A stretch of DNA of 64,000 bases from a bacterium (GTDB lineage: Bacteria; Bacteroidota; Bacteroidia; Flavobacteriales_D; Crocinitomicaceae): NCBI GenBank assembly GCA_024742305.1, contig JANSYQ010000006.1, positions 65,240 through 129,239 of the forward strand. The letters run 5' to 3'. Below the pieces are notes generated by a model. It was given only the letters and a program-made list of their open reading frames with translations. It ran no database searches and had not been told where the DNA came from. This document shows, one piece after another, positions 27,301-36,826 of this stretch. How positions within the stretch are numbered: position 1 is the stretch's first letter; each line of letters opens with the position of its first letter. Both the position numbers and the translations under genes were made by a program.

Positions 27301-27337
27301 TTTGCAACAAACGAGACAGAAATAATACATACATTTG
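27301..27337 (+). promoter_or_regulatory. candidate promoter for lpdA
   Basis: TACATTTG (27330-27337) matches TAnnTTTG and ends 17 nt before the ATG. TTTG at 27301-27304 gives a rather long 25-nt spacer. Confidence 0.3.
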
Positions 27338-27354
27338 TAAGTAAACAAATCAAC

Positions 27355-28758
27355 ATGAGTTCATACGATATCACAATAATTGGATCAGGTCCCGGAGGGT
27401 ATGTTGCCGCTATTCGATGTGCGCAACTTGGAATGAAAACAGCCATCATTGAAAAGTACGACACCCTTGGTGGAACGTGCTTGAATGTGGGGTGTATTCC
27501 TTCCAAAGCTCTATTGGATTCTTCCGAGCACTATCACAACGCTACCCATACTTTTGATACGCATGGGATTGAAGTGAAAGATGTCAAAGCGAACATCAAA
27601 CAGATGATTCAGCGAAAAAATGATGTTGTTGAACAAACTACCAAGGGAATTCAGTTCCTAATGGATAAAAACAAGATTGATGTGCATCATGGTCTTGGCT
27701 CTTTTGTGGATAAAACAACCATTAAGATTACCGACAAGGACGGAAAAGAATCGACCATTACTTCCAAAAACACGATTATCGCAACGGGTTCAAAGCCCAA
27801 CTATTTCGAAGGAATGGAACCGGATAAAAAACGCATCATTACTTCTACCGAAGCCTTGGAAATGAAAGAAATTCCAAAGAAAATGTTGGTGATTGGTGGA
27901 GGTGTTATCGGTTTGGAGTTAGGTTCCGTTTTCGGTCGATTGGGCACACAGATTGATGTGGTCGAATTTGCACCTCGTATTATTCCTACGATGGATGGAA
28001 CTATGTCGAAAGAATTGACAAAGGTTCTCAAAAAAGAAGGATTTAAGTTCCATTTGGAGCACCGCGTTCAGAACGTAGAAAATACCGGAAAAGGAGTAAA
28101 ACTTACTGCCTTGAACAAGAAAGGTGAAGAAGTAACCATGGAAGCTGATTACTGTTTGGTAGCCGTGGGAAGAAAGCCTTACACTGCAGGACTTGGATTA
28201 GAGAATGCAGGGGTGAACGTAAACGACAGAGGACAAGTGGAAGTCAACGATCACTTGCAGACAAACGTACCGAACATCTACGCGATTGGGGATGTTGTTC
28301 GCGGGGCTATGTTGGCGCATAAAGCGGAGGAAGAAGGCGTGTTCGTTGCTGAATTGTTGGCAGGACAGAAACCGCACCTCAACTATAATTTGATTCCAGG
28401 CGTTGTTTACACGTGGCCTGAGGTTGCTTCTGTAGGAAAAACGGAAGAAGAACTGAAAGAAGAAGGAAAAGCTATCAAAGTAGGATCTTTCCCAATCAAA
28501 GCCTTGGGACGTGCTCGTGCCAGTATGGACATCATGGGAACGGTAAAAATTATTGCTGACCAAGAAACGGATGAAGTATTGGGCGTTCACATGATTTGTG
28601 CCCGTGCAGCCGATTTGATTATGGAAGCAGTGACTGCTATGGAATACCGTGCGTCTGCTGAAGATATGGCGCGTATCTGTCACCCGCACCCGACGTATTC
28701 TGAAGGTGTGAAGGAAGCAGCATTGGCAGCATTTGAGAACCGTCCATTACACGTATAG
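27355..28758 (+). CDS. lpdA: dihydrolipoyl dehydrogenase (E3)
   Basis: FAD site IIGSGPGGYVAA, redox-active disulfide GGTCLNVGCIPSK, and C-terminal interface HPHPTYSE. Confidence 0.96.
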   Translation: MSSYDITIIGSGPGGYVAAIRCAQLGMKTAIIEKYDTLGGTCLNVGCIPSKALLDSSEHYHNATHTFDTHGIEVKDVKANIKQMIQRKNDVVEQTTKGIQFLMDKNKIDVHHGLGSFVDKTTIKITDKDGKESTITSKNTIIATGSKPNYFEGMEPDKKRIITSTEALEMKEIPKKMLVIGGGVIGLELGSVFGRLGTQIDVVEFAPRIIPTMDGTMSKELTKVLKKEGFKFHLEHRVQNVENTGKGVKLTALNKKGEEVTMEADYCLVAVGRKPYTAGLGLENAGVNVNDRGQVEVNDHLQTNVPNIYAIGDVVRGAMLAHKAEEEGVFVAELLAGQKPHLNYNLIPGVVYTWPEVASVGKTEEELKEEGKAIKVGSFPIKALGRARASMDIMGTVKIIADQETDEVLGVHMICARAADLIMEAVTAMEYRASAEDMARICHPHPTYSEGVKEAALAAFENRPLHV

Positions 28759-28784
28759 ATTGAGAATTTAAAATATAAAATTGA

Positions 28785-28814
28785 AAAGGCGATCCGATTG
28801 GATCGCCTTTTTTT
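28785..28814. terminator. bidirectional intrinsic terminator between lpdA and the convergent 209-aa gene
   Basis: AAAAGGCGATCC-GATT-GGATCGCCTTTTTTT: an 8-bp GC-rich stem with an A run on the left and a T run on the right. Confidence 0.8.
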
Positions 28815-28820
28815 GTTTGC

Positions 28821-29450
28821 TTAATTCTTTATGCCCTCATCGAGTATGTCATTCTCTTTGGGTTGTTCCAAGTTGGGATTTTCTTCAGCACGAACTACGT
28901 TTCTTTGAATAATCTCTTTGATTTTTTCAAAGTTATGCACTCCAACATGATCTTTGGAAAAGGATGATAGTGCTCCTGATACGAAACGTATAAATACCCT
29001 ATCTTCTTCGATAACGTACTCTTTGAAGTAGCTCCAACGTACATTCATTTCAAAGTCTGAATCCCAATAATAATATCCTTTATCTGAAAACTCATAAATA
29101 ATTGTTGGACTCGATTTTTGTATCCTCTCCAATCGATTCATTTCGGTTTCCACCATATTGTTACGAATCTTCTTGATCTGAGAAAATAAATTGATTGGGT
29201 AGAAGACATAATAGCAACCCGTAGCCAGCAACAAGTGACCGAAGTTCAGTATTTCGTCACGCTCGTAAACAATGGCAAATCCACTGATAGTAGCCAGTAC
29301 ACCAATAATTAGGTAGTTTCGAGCTCCTTTTTCGTTCTCTGCGTAGTGAAACTTGTACAGCGCTGTTAACTCTTCTCGCTGCAGTTCTGTATTAATAGGA
29401 ACTTCCACACGAAAGACATTGTCGCTCTGAATTCCTGTCTCGCTCTCCAA
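28821..29450 (-). CDS. hypothetical membrane protein (2 TM; YcxB-like organisation)
   Basis: 209-aa ORF with two central hydrophobic helices (NYLIIGVLATISGFAIV, LLLATGCYYVFYPINLF). The first in-frame ATG is about 100 codons in, so a non-ATG start (TTG 29450) is required. It lies 15 nt downstream of the S46 peptidase gene. Confidence 0.5.
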   Translation of the reverse strand: MESETGIQSDNVFRVEVPINTELQREELTALYKFHYAENEKGARNYLIIGVLATISGFAIVYERDEILNFGHLLLATGCYYVFYPINLFSQIKKIRNNMVETEMNRLERIQKSSPTIIYEFSDKGYYYWDSDFEMNVRWSYFKEYVIEEDRVFIRFVSGALSSFSKDHVGVHNFEKIKEIIQRNVVRAEENPNLEQPKENDILDEGIKN

Positions 29451-29465
29451 AGTTGAGGTGGTTGA

Positions 29466-31676
29466 TTACTTAGCCAATGTCATTTCCTCCACCAAATGTC
29501 CGGCTCCGGCGTATACATCCATTACCCACATCACGTAGCGAATGTCTACCATAATGTTTCGACAGCGACTAGAATCGAACATATAATCGCTCATGGTGCT
29601 TTCCCACGTACGGTCAAAGTTGATTCCGATAAGGTTTCCTTCTGCATCTAAGGCTGGTGATCCTGAGTTTCCTCCTGTCGTGTGGTTAGATCCTGTGAAA
29701 CAAACCCACAACTCTCCATCTTGAGCGTACTGACCGTATTCTTTCGCCTCTGCTAACTCACGCAAGCGTGGAAGAATATCGAAATCAGGATTTCCGGTAT
29801 TGTTTTTCGCAATGATTCCGTCTAGTGTTGTGTACGGTGTGTACATCATACCGTCGTGAGGAGCTGAACCTTCCAATTTTCCGTAGGTAATACGCATAGT
29901 AGAATTGGCGTCTGGCCACATGTTTTCATCCGGGAACATTTCTTTTCGCCCTGCAACGTACACCTGCAACAAACCATCCATACCACCAAAATAGTCGCGT
30001 ACCCCAGGTAGTGTTTGCGAGCGGAAGTAATTTTGAACCTCATCCCAAAGTGCGATGGCATCATCCTCAATGAAAGGTGCCATTTCCTTGCGCTTCTCTT
30101 CCGGTTTGGCTTCATTCTTTGCCAATTTCTTTTTGTACTTCTCTAGAGACTTATAACTCAATTCGTCCAAGAACTCCATAAAGCGTTCCTTGTTTGTAAG
30201 CACCGAATTGTCGTAGATAGCAGCCGTTAGGTCCTCAACCGACTTATTTTTCAACATATCCGGAACGGCATCTCCCATACTTTCGATATACTGAGCCGTT
30301 AACTTTTGGAAGATTTTGCGATCGGTTACTGGGTCGTAGTTTTTGAAAAATCCTTCTGCAGATTTTCGCTTCTTTGCAATTACTTCGTCGAATGCTCCTT
30401 CGTTTTCCACCTTCATGAGTTCTGCCATAAAGCCCTCCATAGAACGTGTTTGTTTGAAAACTTCTGCTCCTACGTAGCCGTATTCGATGAACATATTGTA
30501 AGCAACATCAAAATGTCCCTTTTCCTTGGCTAAAGTGTTCATGTCGTTGATAACACTACCATACTTCTCCTTCCAGTTTCTGTTTAGATTCGCCATTTTG
30601 TTGTATTCAGCCTCGCGATCCAATTTAATCTGCATAGCATCAACCGTTTTCAATCCGCCCAATTGTCCGATCCACTTTTTCCATGCGTTTGCTATTCTCG
30701 CCTGTTTTGATGCATACATGATGCGTAATTCATCGGAAGACGCCATACTAGCATTGATAACGCTTAAAGAAAGATCACGCATTTTGATTTGTTGCGGTCG
30801 CATTTCATCCATGATGTAACGCAATTGCTCAGAACACAAGTGCTGTTCCGTTTTTCCTGGAAATCCGTATACCATGGTAAAGTCCCCATCGTTACGCTTC
30901 TTCATGGATACCGGGAGAAAGTGTAAAGGCTTGTAAGGAACATTTTCATCGCTAATATCAGCCGGTTCGTTCTGCGCATTAGCATACACTCGGAAAACAG
31001 AAAAATCTCCTGTGTGACGCGGCCACACCCAGTTATCGGTGTCTCCACCAAACTTACCAATAGAACTTGGAGGCGCTCCTACCAAACGTACATCGTTGAA
31101 ACGTTCCTTCACAATCATGTAGTAATCGTTTCCGTAGTTGAAAGCTTTAATGTCTGCCGAATAATTGTTACCAGCAGTTGCATCTGCTATCAGAGCCGCG
31201 ACAATTTCTTCCATCTTCATGGCTTTCTGCTCATCAGTCAAGCCTTCCAACCCCAATAAAATGGTACTTGTGACATCTTCAATTCGTACTACGCGATCCA
31301 CAAAAAGTCCTGGATTCTTTAACTCTTCAGCTTTAGTTTTCGCCCAAAAACCATTCTTTAAGTAATCGTTCTCTACTGAGGAATGGCTCTGAATTTGAGA
31401 GAATCCACAGTGATGATTCGTTAATAAAAGTCCTTCTCCTGATACCAACTCGGCCGTGCATCCACCGCCAAAGTGCAGAATAGCGTCTTTCAAACTAGAG
31501 TTATTAACGCTGTAAATTTCATCGGCAGAGAGTTTCATTCCCATTGCCTTCATATCGTCTTCGAATGCTTCGATCAAAGAAGGAATGATCATTCCCTCTT
31601 CTGCAAGGGATGTAAAAATCGTAGTGAATATCATTGCAACAAGTACTGCTGCCTTTTGAAAGATTTGTTTCATCAT
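29466..31676 (-). CDS. S46-family dipeptidyl-peptidase (DPP7/DPP11-like)
   Basis: Signal peptide present. Catalytic His context LLLTNHHCG and catalytic Ser context TTGGNSGSPAL. 736 aa, the typical family size. Confidence 0.9.
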   Translation of the reverse strand: MMKQIFQKAAVLVAMIFTTIFTSLAEEGMIIPSLIEAFEDDMKAMGMKLSADEIYSVNNSSLKDAILHFGGGCTAELVSGEGLLLTNHHCGFSQIQSHSSVENDYLKNGFWAKTKAEELKNPGLFVDRVVRIEDVTSTILLGLEGLTDEQKAMKMEEIVAALIADATAGNNYSADIKAFNYGNDYYMIVKERFNDVRLVGAPPSSIGKFGGDTDNWVWPRHTGDFSVFRVYANAQNEPADISDENVPYKPLHFLPVSMKKRNDGDFTMVYGFPGKTEQHLCSEQLRYIMDEMRPQQIKMRDLSLSVINASMASSDELRIMYASKQARIANAWKKWIGQLGGLKTVDAMQIKLDREAEYNKMANLNRNWKEKYGSVINDMNTLAKEKGHFDVAYNMFIEYGYVGAEVFKQTRSMEGFMAELMKVENEGAFDEVIAKKRKSAEGFFKNYDPVTDRKIFQKLTAQYIESMGDAVPDMLKNKSVEDLTAAIYDNSVLTNKERFMEFLDELSYKSLEKYKKKLAKNEAKPEEKRKEMAPFIEDDAIALWDEVQNYFRSQTLPGVRDYFGGMDGLLQVYVAGRKEMFPDENMWPDANSTMRITYGKLEGSAPHDGMMYTPYTTLDGIIAKNNTGNPDFDILPRLRELAEAKEYGQYAQDGELWVCFTGSNHTTGGNSGSPALDAEGNLIGINFDRTWESTMSDYMFDSSRCRNIMVDIRYVMWVMDVYAGAGHLVEEMTLAK

Positions 31677-31744
31677 CTTAAAGATTTACTTTTTGAGAGG
31701 CGTTAAAGATAGCGATTGCGACGCGATTAATTATCTTTACCACC

Positions 31745-32410
31745 GTGGAATTATTCAACTTTGCATTCAGATTGGGCGTTGTTTTCGCCATTTACGGATT
31801 TTTATGGGGACTGTTCGAAATTGGTATTCGTTTACTTACTTCAGGTCGCGAACGTACGGTGGGGGAAGTCTATCTCTTACGAGGCGTGAAATATGTCTTT
31901 TTAGCTGATGTCACCTTCCTGTTTTGCATCGACGGAGATGTCTCCAATTTGAATTACTTGAATCAACTTGTATTGGCGGGAATTATCTTGTTGACCTACT
32001 TCGTTGGAAAGCTTCAAAACAATCAAAATAGGAACCGAATGTTTCAGGTATTTATGAATGCCAGGGTTCAACTTCCGAAGCAATTAACGTTGTTTAATTT
32101 ACGCGCTGAAATTGCCGTAATTGTACTTGCTTTACTAGCATTCTCGCTATTCAATTTTGCCCCGCAATATGCTGCCAATCCGATTTCCATTTGGTTCTAT
32201 GAAAGCATTGTAGACATTGAGGACACCGTGTTCTTTGGCTTTATTTTCAAGGTAATTGGATTCTTCTTCCTTCTAAATCTCATTTTCAAGATGATTAATG
32301 GTGTCACCTTCCTTTTAAGTGGTGCACGCCCTCCTCAGGATCCATTTGATCAAGGTGGAGATAACGGCGAGGACAACGATGATTTTGATCCGTGGGAGGA
32401 AGTTAAGTAG
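31745..32410 (+). CDS. hypothetical multi-pass membrane protein with acidic C-terminal tail
   Basis: 221 aa with a GTG start, 5-6 hydrophobic helices, and tail ..QDPFDQGGDNGEDNDDFDPWEEVK. Confidence 0.55.
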   Translation: MELFNFAFRLGVVFAIYGFLWGLFEIGIRLLTSGRERTVGEVYLLRGVKYVFLADVTFLFCIDGDVSNLNYLNQLVLAGIILLTYFVGKLQNNQNRNRMFQVFMNARVQLPKQLTLFNLRAEIAVIVLALLAFSLFNFAPQYAANPISIWFYESIVDIEDTVFFGFIFKVIGFFFLLNLIFKMINGVTFLLSGARPPQDPFDQGGDNGEDNDDFDPWEEVK

Positions 32411-32419
32411 ATGGGAGAT

Positions 32420-32489
32420 AGAGAAAAGACGCTAGACGCTAGACACTAGACATTAGACGCTAGACATTAGATATTGGACAGTAGACTTT
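32420..32489. repeat. heptanucleotide tandem array (AGACNNT)n filling a convergent-gene junction and overlapping the coaE 3' end
   Basis: AGAC at 32427, 32434, 32441, 32448, 32455 and 32462; AGAT at 32469; GGAC at 32476; AGAC at 32483. The period is an exact 7 nt. Confidence 0.9.
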
Positions 32490-33051
32490 CTAGAAGTTTT
32501 TCGATTTGAGAAAGAAGGGGCTTTTCGCCGTCGTTGATGATTTCGTAATCGGAGTGTGGTCTTTTTTGTTCGTCGGACCATTGTTTTTGGATACGTTGTC
32601 GGATGGACTCTGCATCTGTTTGATCTCGTTGCTGAACACGTTGAACTCGCACATTTTCCGGGGCCGTTACGAGCACTATGGCATCGAAGTTTTTACTCGC
32701 TCCTGTTTCTATTAGTATAGCCGCTTCATTGAATACAAATGGACTATTTTGATTGGAACAGAAATCGTCGAAAGCTTGGCGCACTCTGGGGTGGATGATT
32801 TCATTGACACGCTGGCGAAGGACCTCATCTCCGAATATTTTCGTTGCTAAATAGGGACGATTTAAGGCTCCGTCCAAATAAACCTCTTCACCGAAAACAT
32901 CTGTCAGTTCGCGACGAATATCAGGATGTGTATCCGAAAGTTTTTTGGCTTGATCATCGGAATAAAAAACCGGATATCCCATGGACTCCAGTATCTTTCC
33001 AACCATGGATTTACCGGAACCTATACCTCCGGTAATGCCTACTTTAAGCAT
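32467..33051 (-). CDS. coaE: dephospho-CoA kinase
   Basis: P-loop GITGGIGSGKS at the N-terminus, a family-typical 194 aa, and ..IIHPRV... Confidence 0.92.
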   Translation of the reverse strand: MLKVGITGGIGSGKSMVGKILESMGYPVFYSDDQAKKLSDTHPDIRRELTDVFGEEVYLDGALNRPYLATKIFGDEVLRQRVNEIIHPRVRQAFDDFCSNQNSPFVFNEAAILIETGASKNFDAIVLVTAPENVRVQRVQQRDQTDAESIRQRIQKQWSDEQKRPHSDYEIINDGEKPLLSQIEKLLESLLSNI

Positions 33052-33053
33052 GA

Positions 33054-33440
33054 TTAAATTTCGTCTACCTCAATGATAGTAAATGGAAGTCCTACAATTG
33101 CCTCGTAATCCTCTCCGGCTTCTTGCATGTCTTCATCATCTGTTTCGAAGTACCAGTTCACCGTAACGTCTGAATTGCCTGCACTTTTAATTGATTCCAA
33201 ACTTTTGAAGAAATCCAAAATACACTTTGACGAAGACGTATTGAAATACTCTAAACGAATATCCACTACCGTTTTTACTGCTGGCGCGATACTGTATTCT
33301 TTTAGCCAGTCTTGCATTGGTCGGTAAAACTCGATAGAGTTTTCGGGAATGGATCTTCCTTTCAATACAATTTTTCCCTCCGATGCATCAAACTCCACAG
33401 TAGGTGTTTTCGCTGTTCCTTCAATGACTAAATTCTCCAT
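33054..33440 (-). CDS. SiaC-like DUF1987 regulatory phosphoprotein
   Basis: MENLVIEGTAKTPTVEFDASEGKIVLKGRSIPENSIEFY..LEYFNTSSSK.. matches the DUF1987/SiaC pattern. The start is placed at ATG 33440; the track ORF uses TTG 33458, which overlaps the upstream gene. Confidence 0.75.
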   Translation of the reverse strand: MENLVIEGTAKTPTVEFDASEGKIVLKGRSIPENSIEFYRPMQDWLKEYSIAPAVKTVVDIRLEYFNTSSSKCILDFFKSLESIKSAGNSDVTVNWYFETDDEDMQEAGEDYEAIVGLPFTIIEVDEI

Positions 33441-33450
33441 GTTTTCTTTT

Positions 33451-34002
33451 TTAATCAATTAAGACACTCAAACAGAAGAAACCAGTAGCTTCGGTCACAT
33501 TGATAATTTCGTAGTCGAGTTTATTTTTCGACTTACGCGCGATATCAATCAGACCCAATCCCGCAGTTCCTTTTTCCGTTCGGCCTCCATTTTCCAGTTT
33601 TGATCTATATAACTCTCTTAATGCTTCGTCATTCAGTGCATTCACCGTTTCGAGTTTTTGTCGCAGTTCCGGAATTCGGTTACTGTTGACAAAATTTCCG
33701 GTAATTATGGTGAAGCGCTTTTCTTCGTATTTGACAATGATCATGGCTGATCTATTTCTCTCGTATTCTCCTTCCTCCGGTGCCATCTCTTCGATGTGAT
33801 GATAGAGGTTCTGAAACGACTCCACTAATACATTGAAAACCCGTTTTTTCTTTTTGGTATCAATGTCTAGGGCTTCCATTTTCCCTTCAACAATATGCAA
33901 GATGGAAGTGAGTAAATCTTCGGTAAACGCACCTTTGAATGAAAGGATGATGTGTTCATCTTCCATACGCTTGTAGAAGTCGTAAACGTCAGAAATAGCC
34001 AT
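33451..34002 (-). CDS. SiaB-like GHKL-fold Ser/Thr protein kinase
   Basis: ..HIILSFKGAFTEDLLTSIL.., ..NVLVESFQNLYHH.. and ATP-lid-like GTAGLGLIDIARKS are typical of the SiaB/DUF6272 family. The start is placed at ATG 34002 (MAISDVYDFY..). Confidence 0.7.
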   Translation of the reverse strand: MAISDVYDFYKRMEDEHIILSFKGAFTEDLLTSILHIVEGKMEALDIDTKKKKRVFNVLVESFQNLYHHIEEMAPEEGEYERNRSAMIIVKYEEKRFTIITGNFVNSNRIPELRQKLETVNALNDEALRELYRSKLENGGRTEKGTAGLGLIDIARKSKNKLDYEIINVTEATGFFCLSVLID

Positions 34003-34078
34003 AATTAATTGTCGCTCAAATATAAACAATAGCCCCTATAAATCAAATGTGATTCAAAAGATAATGTACTTTTGTATT

Positions 34079-34813
34079 ATGGATGAAAAAGCCTGGTTTG
34101 CCTCGTGGTTTGACACGGATTATTACCATCTATTGTACAAGGATCGTGATTTGAGCGAGGCAAAATCGTTCGTGGGAAACCTCTGTAATGACCTTCAGCT
34201 GCCAAAGGGATCGAAGGTTTTGGACCTCGCCTGCGGAAAAGGAAGACATTCTAGAACCCTGCATTCATTGGGTTATCAGGTTACAGGCGCCGACTTATCA
34301 GAGAACAGCATCTCGGCTGCCCAAGAGTGTGCTGAGGAAGGGCTACAGTTTATCGTTCATGATATGCGTGATGTGATTCCCAACCTAACTTTCGATGCTG
34401 TTTTCAACATATTCACCAGTTTTGGTTACTTCGACGATTCCGCGGAGAATGAAAAAGTAATTCGCTCTGTACACACGATGCTGGAAGAGCAAGGTCTTTT
34501 CGTTATCGACTTCATGAATGCAGAAAAAGTCATTCGAACATTAGAGCCGCCGAAGAAAATTACGAAAGGAGGAATTGACTTCCATATCGCCAAAAATTAC
34601 AACGGTAAGCACATTTTGAAAGAGATTCGATTCGAAGACAAGGGTCAATCTTTTCATTATACGGAGCGTGTGCAAGCTTTAAAAATGGATGACTTTCGGA
34701 AGTTACTAACTGAAAATGGCTTTGAAATTCTTCGTACTTTTGGCGACTTCGATTTGCATCCGTTTGACGTCGCGGTGTCGGATCGACTTATTCTGATTGC
34801 TAAGAAACGCTAA
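34079..34813 (+). CDS. class I SAM-dependent methyltransferase
   Basis: SAM motif I VLDLACGKGRHS and an acidic post-I residue ..GADLS... The start is at ATG 34079 (MDEKAWF..). Confidence 0.85.
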   Translation: MDEKAWFASWFDTDYYHLLYKDRDLSEAKSFVGNLCNDLQLPKGSKVLDLACGKGRHSRTLHSLGYQVTGADLSENSISAAQECAEEGLQFIVHDMRDVIPNLTFDAVFNIFTSFGYFDDSAENEKVIRSVHTMLEEQGLFVIDFMNAEKVIRTLEPPKKITKGGIDFHIAKNYNGKHILKEIRFEDKGQSFHYTERVQALKMDDFRKLLTENGFEILRTFGDFDLHPFDVAVSDRLILIAKKR

Positions 34814-35547
34814 TGGAAATTGCGCTGATTTTATTAGGACTGATAGGTTCTGTGCTTCTAGGGGGCGGTTTGGTTTTATGGCTACGAAAGGAGCATAATA
34901 CGCAACTAATTAAGGTTCTTTTGGCTTTTAGCGGTGGGTTCCTACTCTCTATTGCCTTCATTCACTTTATTCCTGAATTATACGAGCACAGCAAACTTCA
35001 AATTGGTGTTTTCATCTTAATTGGTTTCCTTGTACAACTCATTCTAGAATTCTTCTCTGGGGGAATTGAACATGGTCATACGCATACACATGAAGGTGCT
35101 AAGGTCCCACTTGCGTTACTAGTTGCCTTATCTGTACATGCTATCATCGAAGGGATCCCCATTGGTACTCAGATATCGGGTATGGAAACAGCTACATCTC
35201 ATCATCATGGTGAAGATCACACGTTGTTTTTGGGAATTTTATTCCACCGACTCCCAGTTGCAATCGCGTTGATGACCTTGCTAACACGTGCGAAGGTGGG
35301 TACCATCAAATCTTGGGTCTACCTTACATTCTTTGCGCTTACAACGCCCATTGGTTTGATCATTGGACTATACTCTAGTCATTCCGTTCAAAACTTTGAC
35401 TTCAACATCCTTTTGGCTATCGTAGTGGGAATGCTATTGCATATTTCTACCACAATCATTTTTGAGACGAGCGAGAATCACAAATTTAATTTCGTTAAAT
35501 TGATCGCTATCTTTATAGGATGTGCAATCGCTTTTTTCATTCATTAG
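34813..35547 (+). CDS. ZIP-family divalent metal transporter
   Basis: His-rich loop HGHTHTHEG / SHHHGEDH, and the ZIP signature helix SVHAIIEGIPIG. TAATG overlap with the upstream gene. Confidence 0.88.
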   Translation: MEIALILLGLIGSVLLGGGLVLWLRKEHNTQLIKVLLAFSGGFLLSIAFIHFIPELYEHSKLQIGVFILIGFLVQLILEFFSGGIEHGHTHTHEGAKVPLALLVALSVHAIIEGIPIGTQISGMETATSHHHGEDHTLFLGILFHRLPVAIALMTLLTRAKVGTIKSWVYLTFFALTTPIGLIIGLYSSHSVQNFDFNILLAIVVGMLLHISTTIIFETSENHKFNFVKLIAIFIGCAIAFFIH

Positions 35548-35548
35548 A

Positions 35549-36196
35549 GTGGCATTAAAAAAGTCTCCAATATGGCAACTTCGGTACTATTTTGGTCTCG
35601 TACTTTTAATGGTAGTCATCGCTGGAATCATCCTCCTCAGCTTCGATAAGACTGCCATCCACCTGCAGATAAACGCGATGCATTCTTCTTTTGCAGATTT
35701 ATTTTTCACCTATTGGACCTACGTTGGAGATGGCATTTTCGTCGCAGTTGCAGGTATTATTATCGCCATTTTCCTATTCCCGCGCTATCGATGGTTACCA
35801 TTGTGGTTTGGAGCCTCTACCTTGATTGTTTCAGGGGCCGCTGCGCAATTACTCAAAAGGTTTGTTTTCGAAGATGCCCTTCGTCCCAGTGCCTACCTTT
35901 CGGAACATTCGCTTTATTTTGTTCAGGGTGTGCAACTGCACGCGAGTCATTCTTTTCCCTCGGGTCATACTACGGCAGCTTTCGCTTTCTTTGGATTTGC
36001 ATCTTTATTCTTGGGAAGAAAAAAACCATGGCTTCAGGTCCTTTTTGCGGTTTGCGCCGGCTTGGTCGGATATTCGCGCATGTATCTTTCTCAGCATTTT
36101 TTGGAGGATGTATTCGCCGGTATGATTTTAGGAAGCTTGATTTTTCTTCTGCTCGTCCTCATCTCGAAACGACGAATATTAGCACTTAACGCTTGA
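35549..36196 (+). CDS. PAP2-family lipid phosphatase
   Basis: KRFVFEDALRPS, PSGHT and SRMYLSQHFLEDV match the tripartite PAP2 motif. The start is uncertain: GTG 35549 is chosen, GTG 35522 is used by the track, and ATG 35609 would truncate the first TM helix. Confidence 0.8.
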   Translation: MALKKSPIWQLRYYFGLVLLMVVIAGIILLSFDKTAIHLQINAMHSSFADLFFTYWTYVGDGIFVAVAGIIIAIFLFPRYRWLPLWFGASTLIVSGAAAQLLKRFVFEDALRPSAYLSEHSLYFVQGVQLHASHSFPSGHTTAAFAFFGFASLFLGRKKPWLQVLFAVCAGLVGYSRMYLSQHFLEDVFAGMILGSLIFLLLVLISKRRILALNA

Positions 36197-36776
36197 TTAT
36201 CTTCACGAAGGTTTTCCACATGATTTTAATGTCTTGAGTAATTCCGGGATTCTCAATGTAATTCATGTTCAATGCTATTTTCGCTGGCATTATCTCTTCA
36301 ATGTAGGCTTTTTCAGGATCCTCCGCGTTGCCCAAAATTTCATTTTCTCTAAAGTACTCGATTGATGCATAATCAGTGATTCCAGGCTTCACCTCTAGCA
36401 CTCGCTTTTGCTCCTTTGTATACATTTCGACATACTTTTGCACTTCGGGACGAGGACCAACTATGCTCATTTGTCCTAGTAAAACATTAATAAATTGCGG
36501 AAACTCATCAAGCTTGGTCTTTCTGAGGAAATAGCCAACTTTTGTGATGCGTGAATCTCGCATTCCCACGGTCAATTGACCCGATGCATCTGCATTTACT
36601 TTCATCGTTCGAAACTTTAGAAGTTTGAACGGTTCAGAATGACGACCAATTCTTTCTTGACGATAAAATATGCCGCCAGTCGAGGTAGTAAGAATAAGAA
36701 TGGAGATGAGAATTCCGAAAGGCAAGAATACGACAAGGATAATGGTTGAAATGGATATGTCGAAAATTCTTTTCAT
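36186..36776 (-). CDS. small (PglC/WcfS-type) undecaprenyl-phosphate sugar-phosphate transferase
   Basis: 196 aa with a single N-terminal re-entrant helix, then ..[15 protein letters not shown].., typical of the bacterial sugar transferase family. Confidence 0.88.
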   Translation of the reverse strand: MKRIFDISISTIILVVFLPFGILISILILTTSTGGIFYRQERIGRHSEPFKLLKFRTMKVNADASGQLTVGMRDSRITKVGYFLRKTKLDEFPQFINVLLGQMSIVGPRPEVQKYVEMYTKEQKRVLEVKPGITDYASIEYFRENEILGNAEDPEKAYIEEIMPAKIALNMNYIENPGITQDIKIMWKTFVKIIKR

Positions 36777-36826
36777 GGGTGAGCAAATTTACGATTAAAT
36801 GACATTTGGATTGAAAACCGAGTACC

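Noticed and set aside
32420-32489. Possible CRISPR array
   Set aside because: The period is 7 nt with no spacers, there are no cas genes, and the repeat units are far too short.
35713-36189. Alternative-frame ORFs (158 aa and 99 aa) within the PAP2 phosphatase gene
   Set aside because: Only the 35549..36196 frame carries the complete KX6RP / PSGH / SRX5HX3D PAP2 motif set. The other frames are Arg/Cys-rich.
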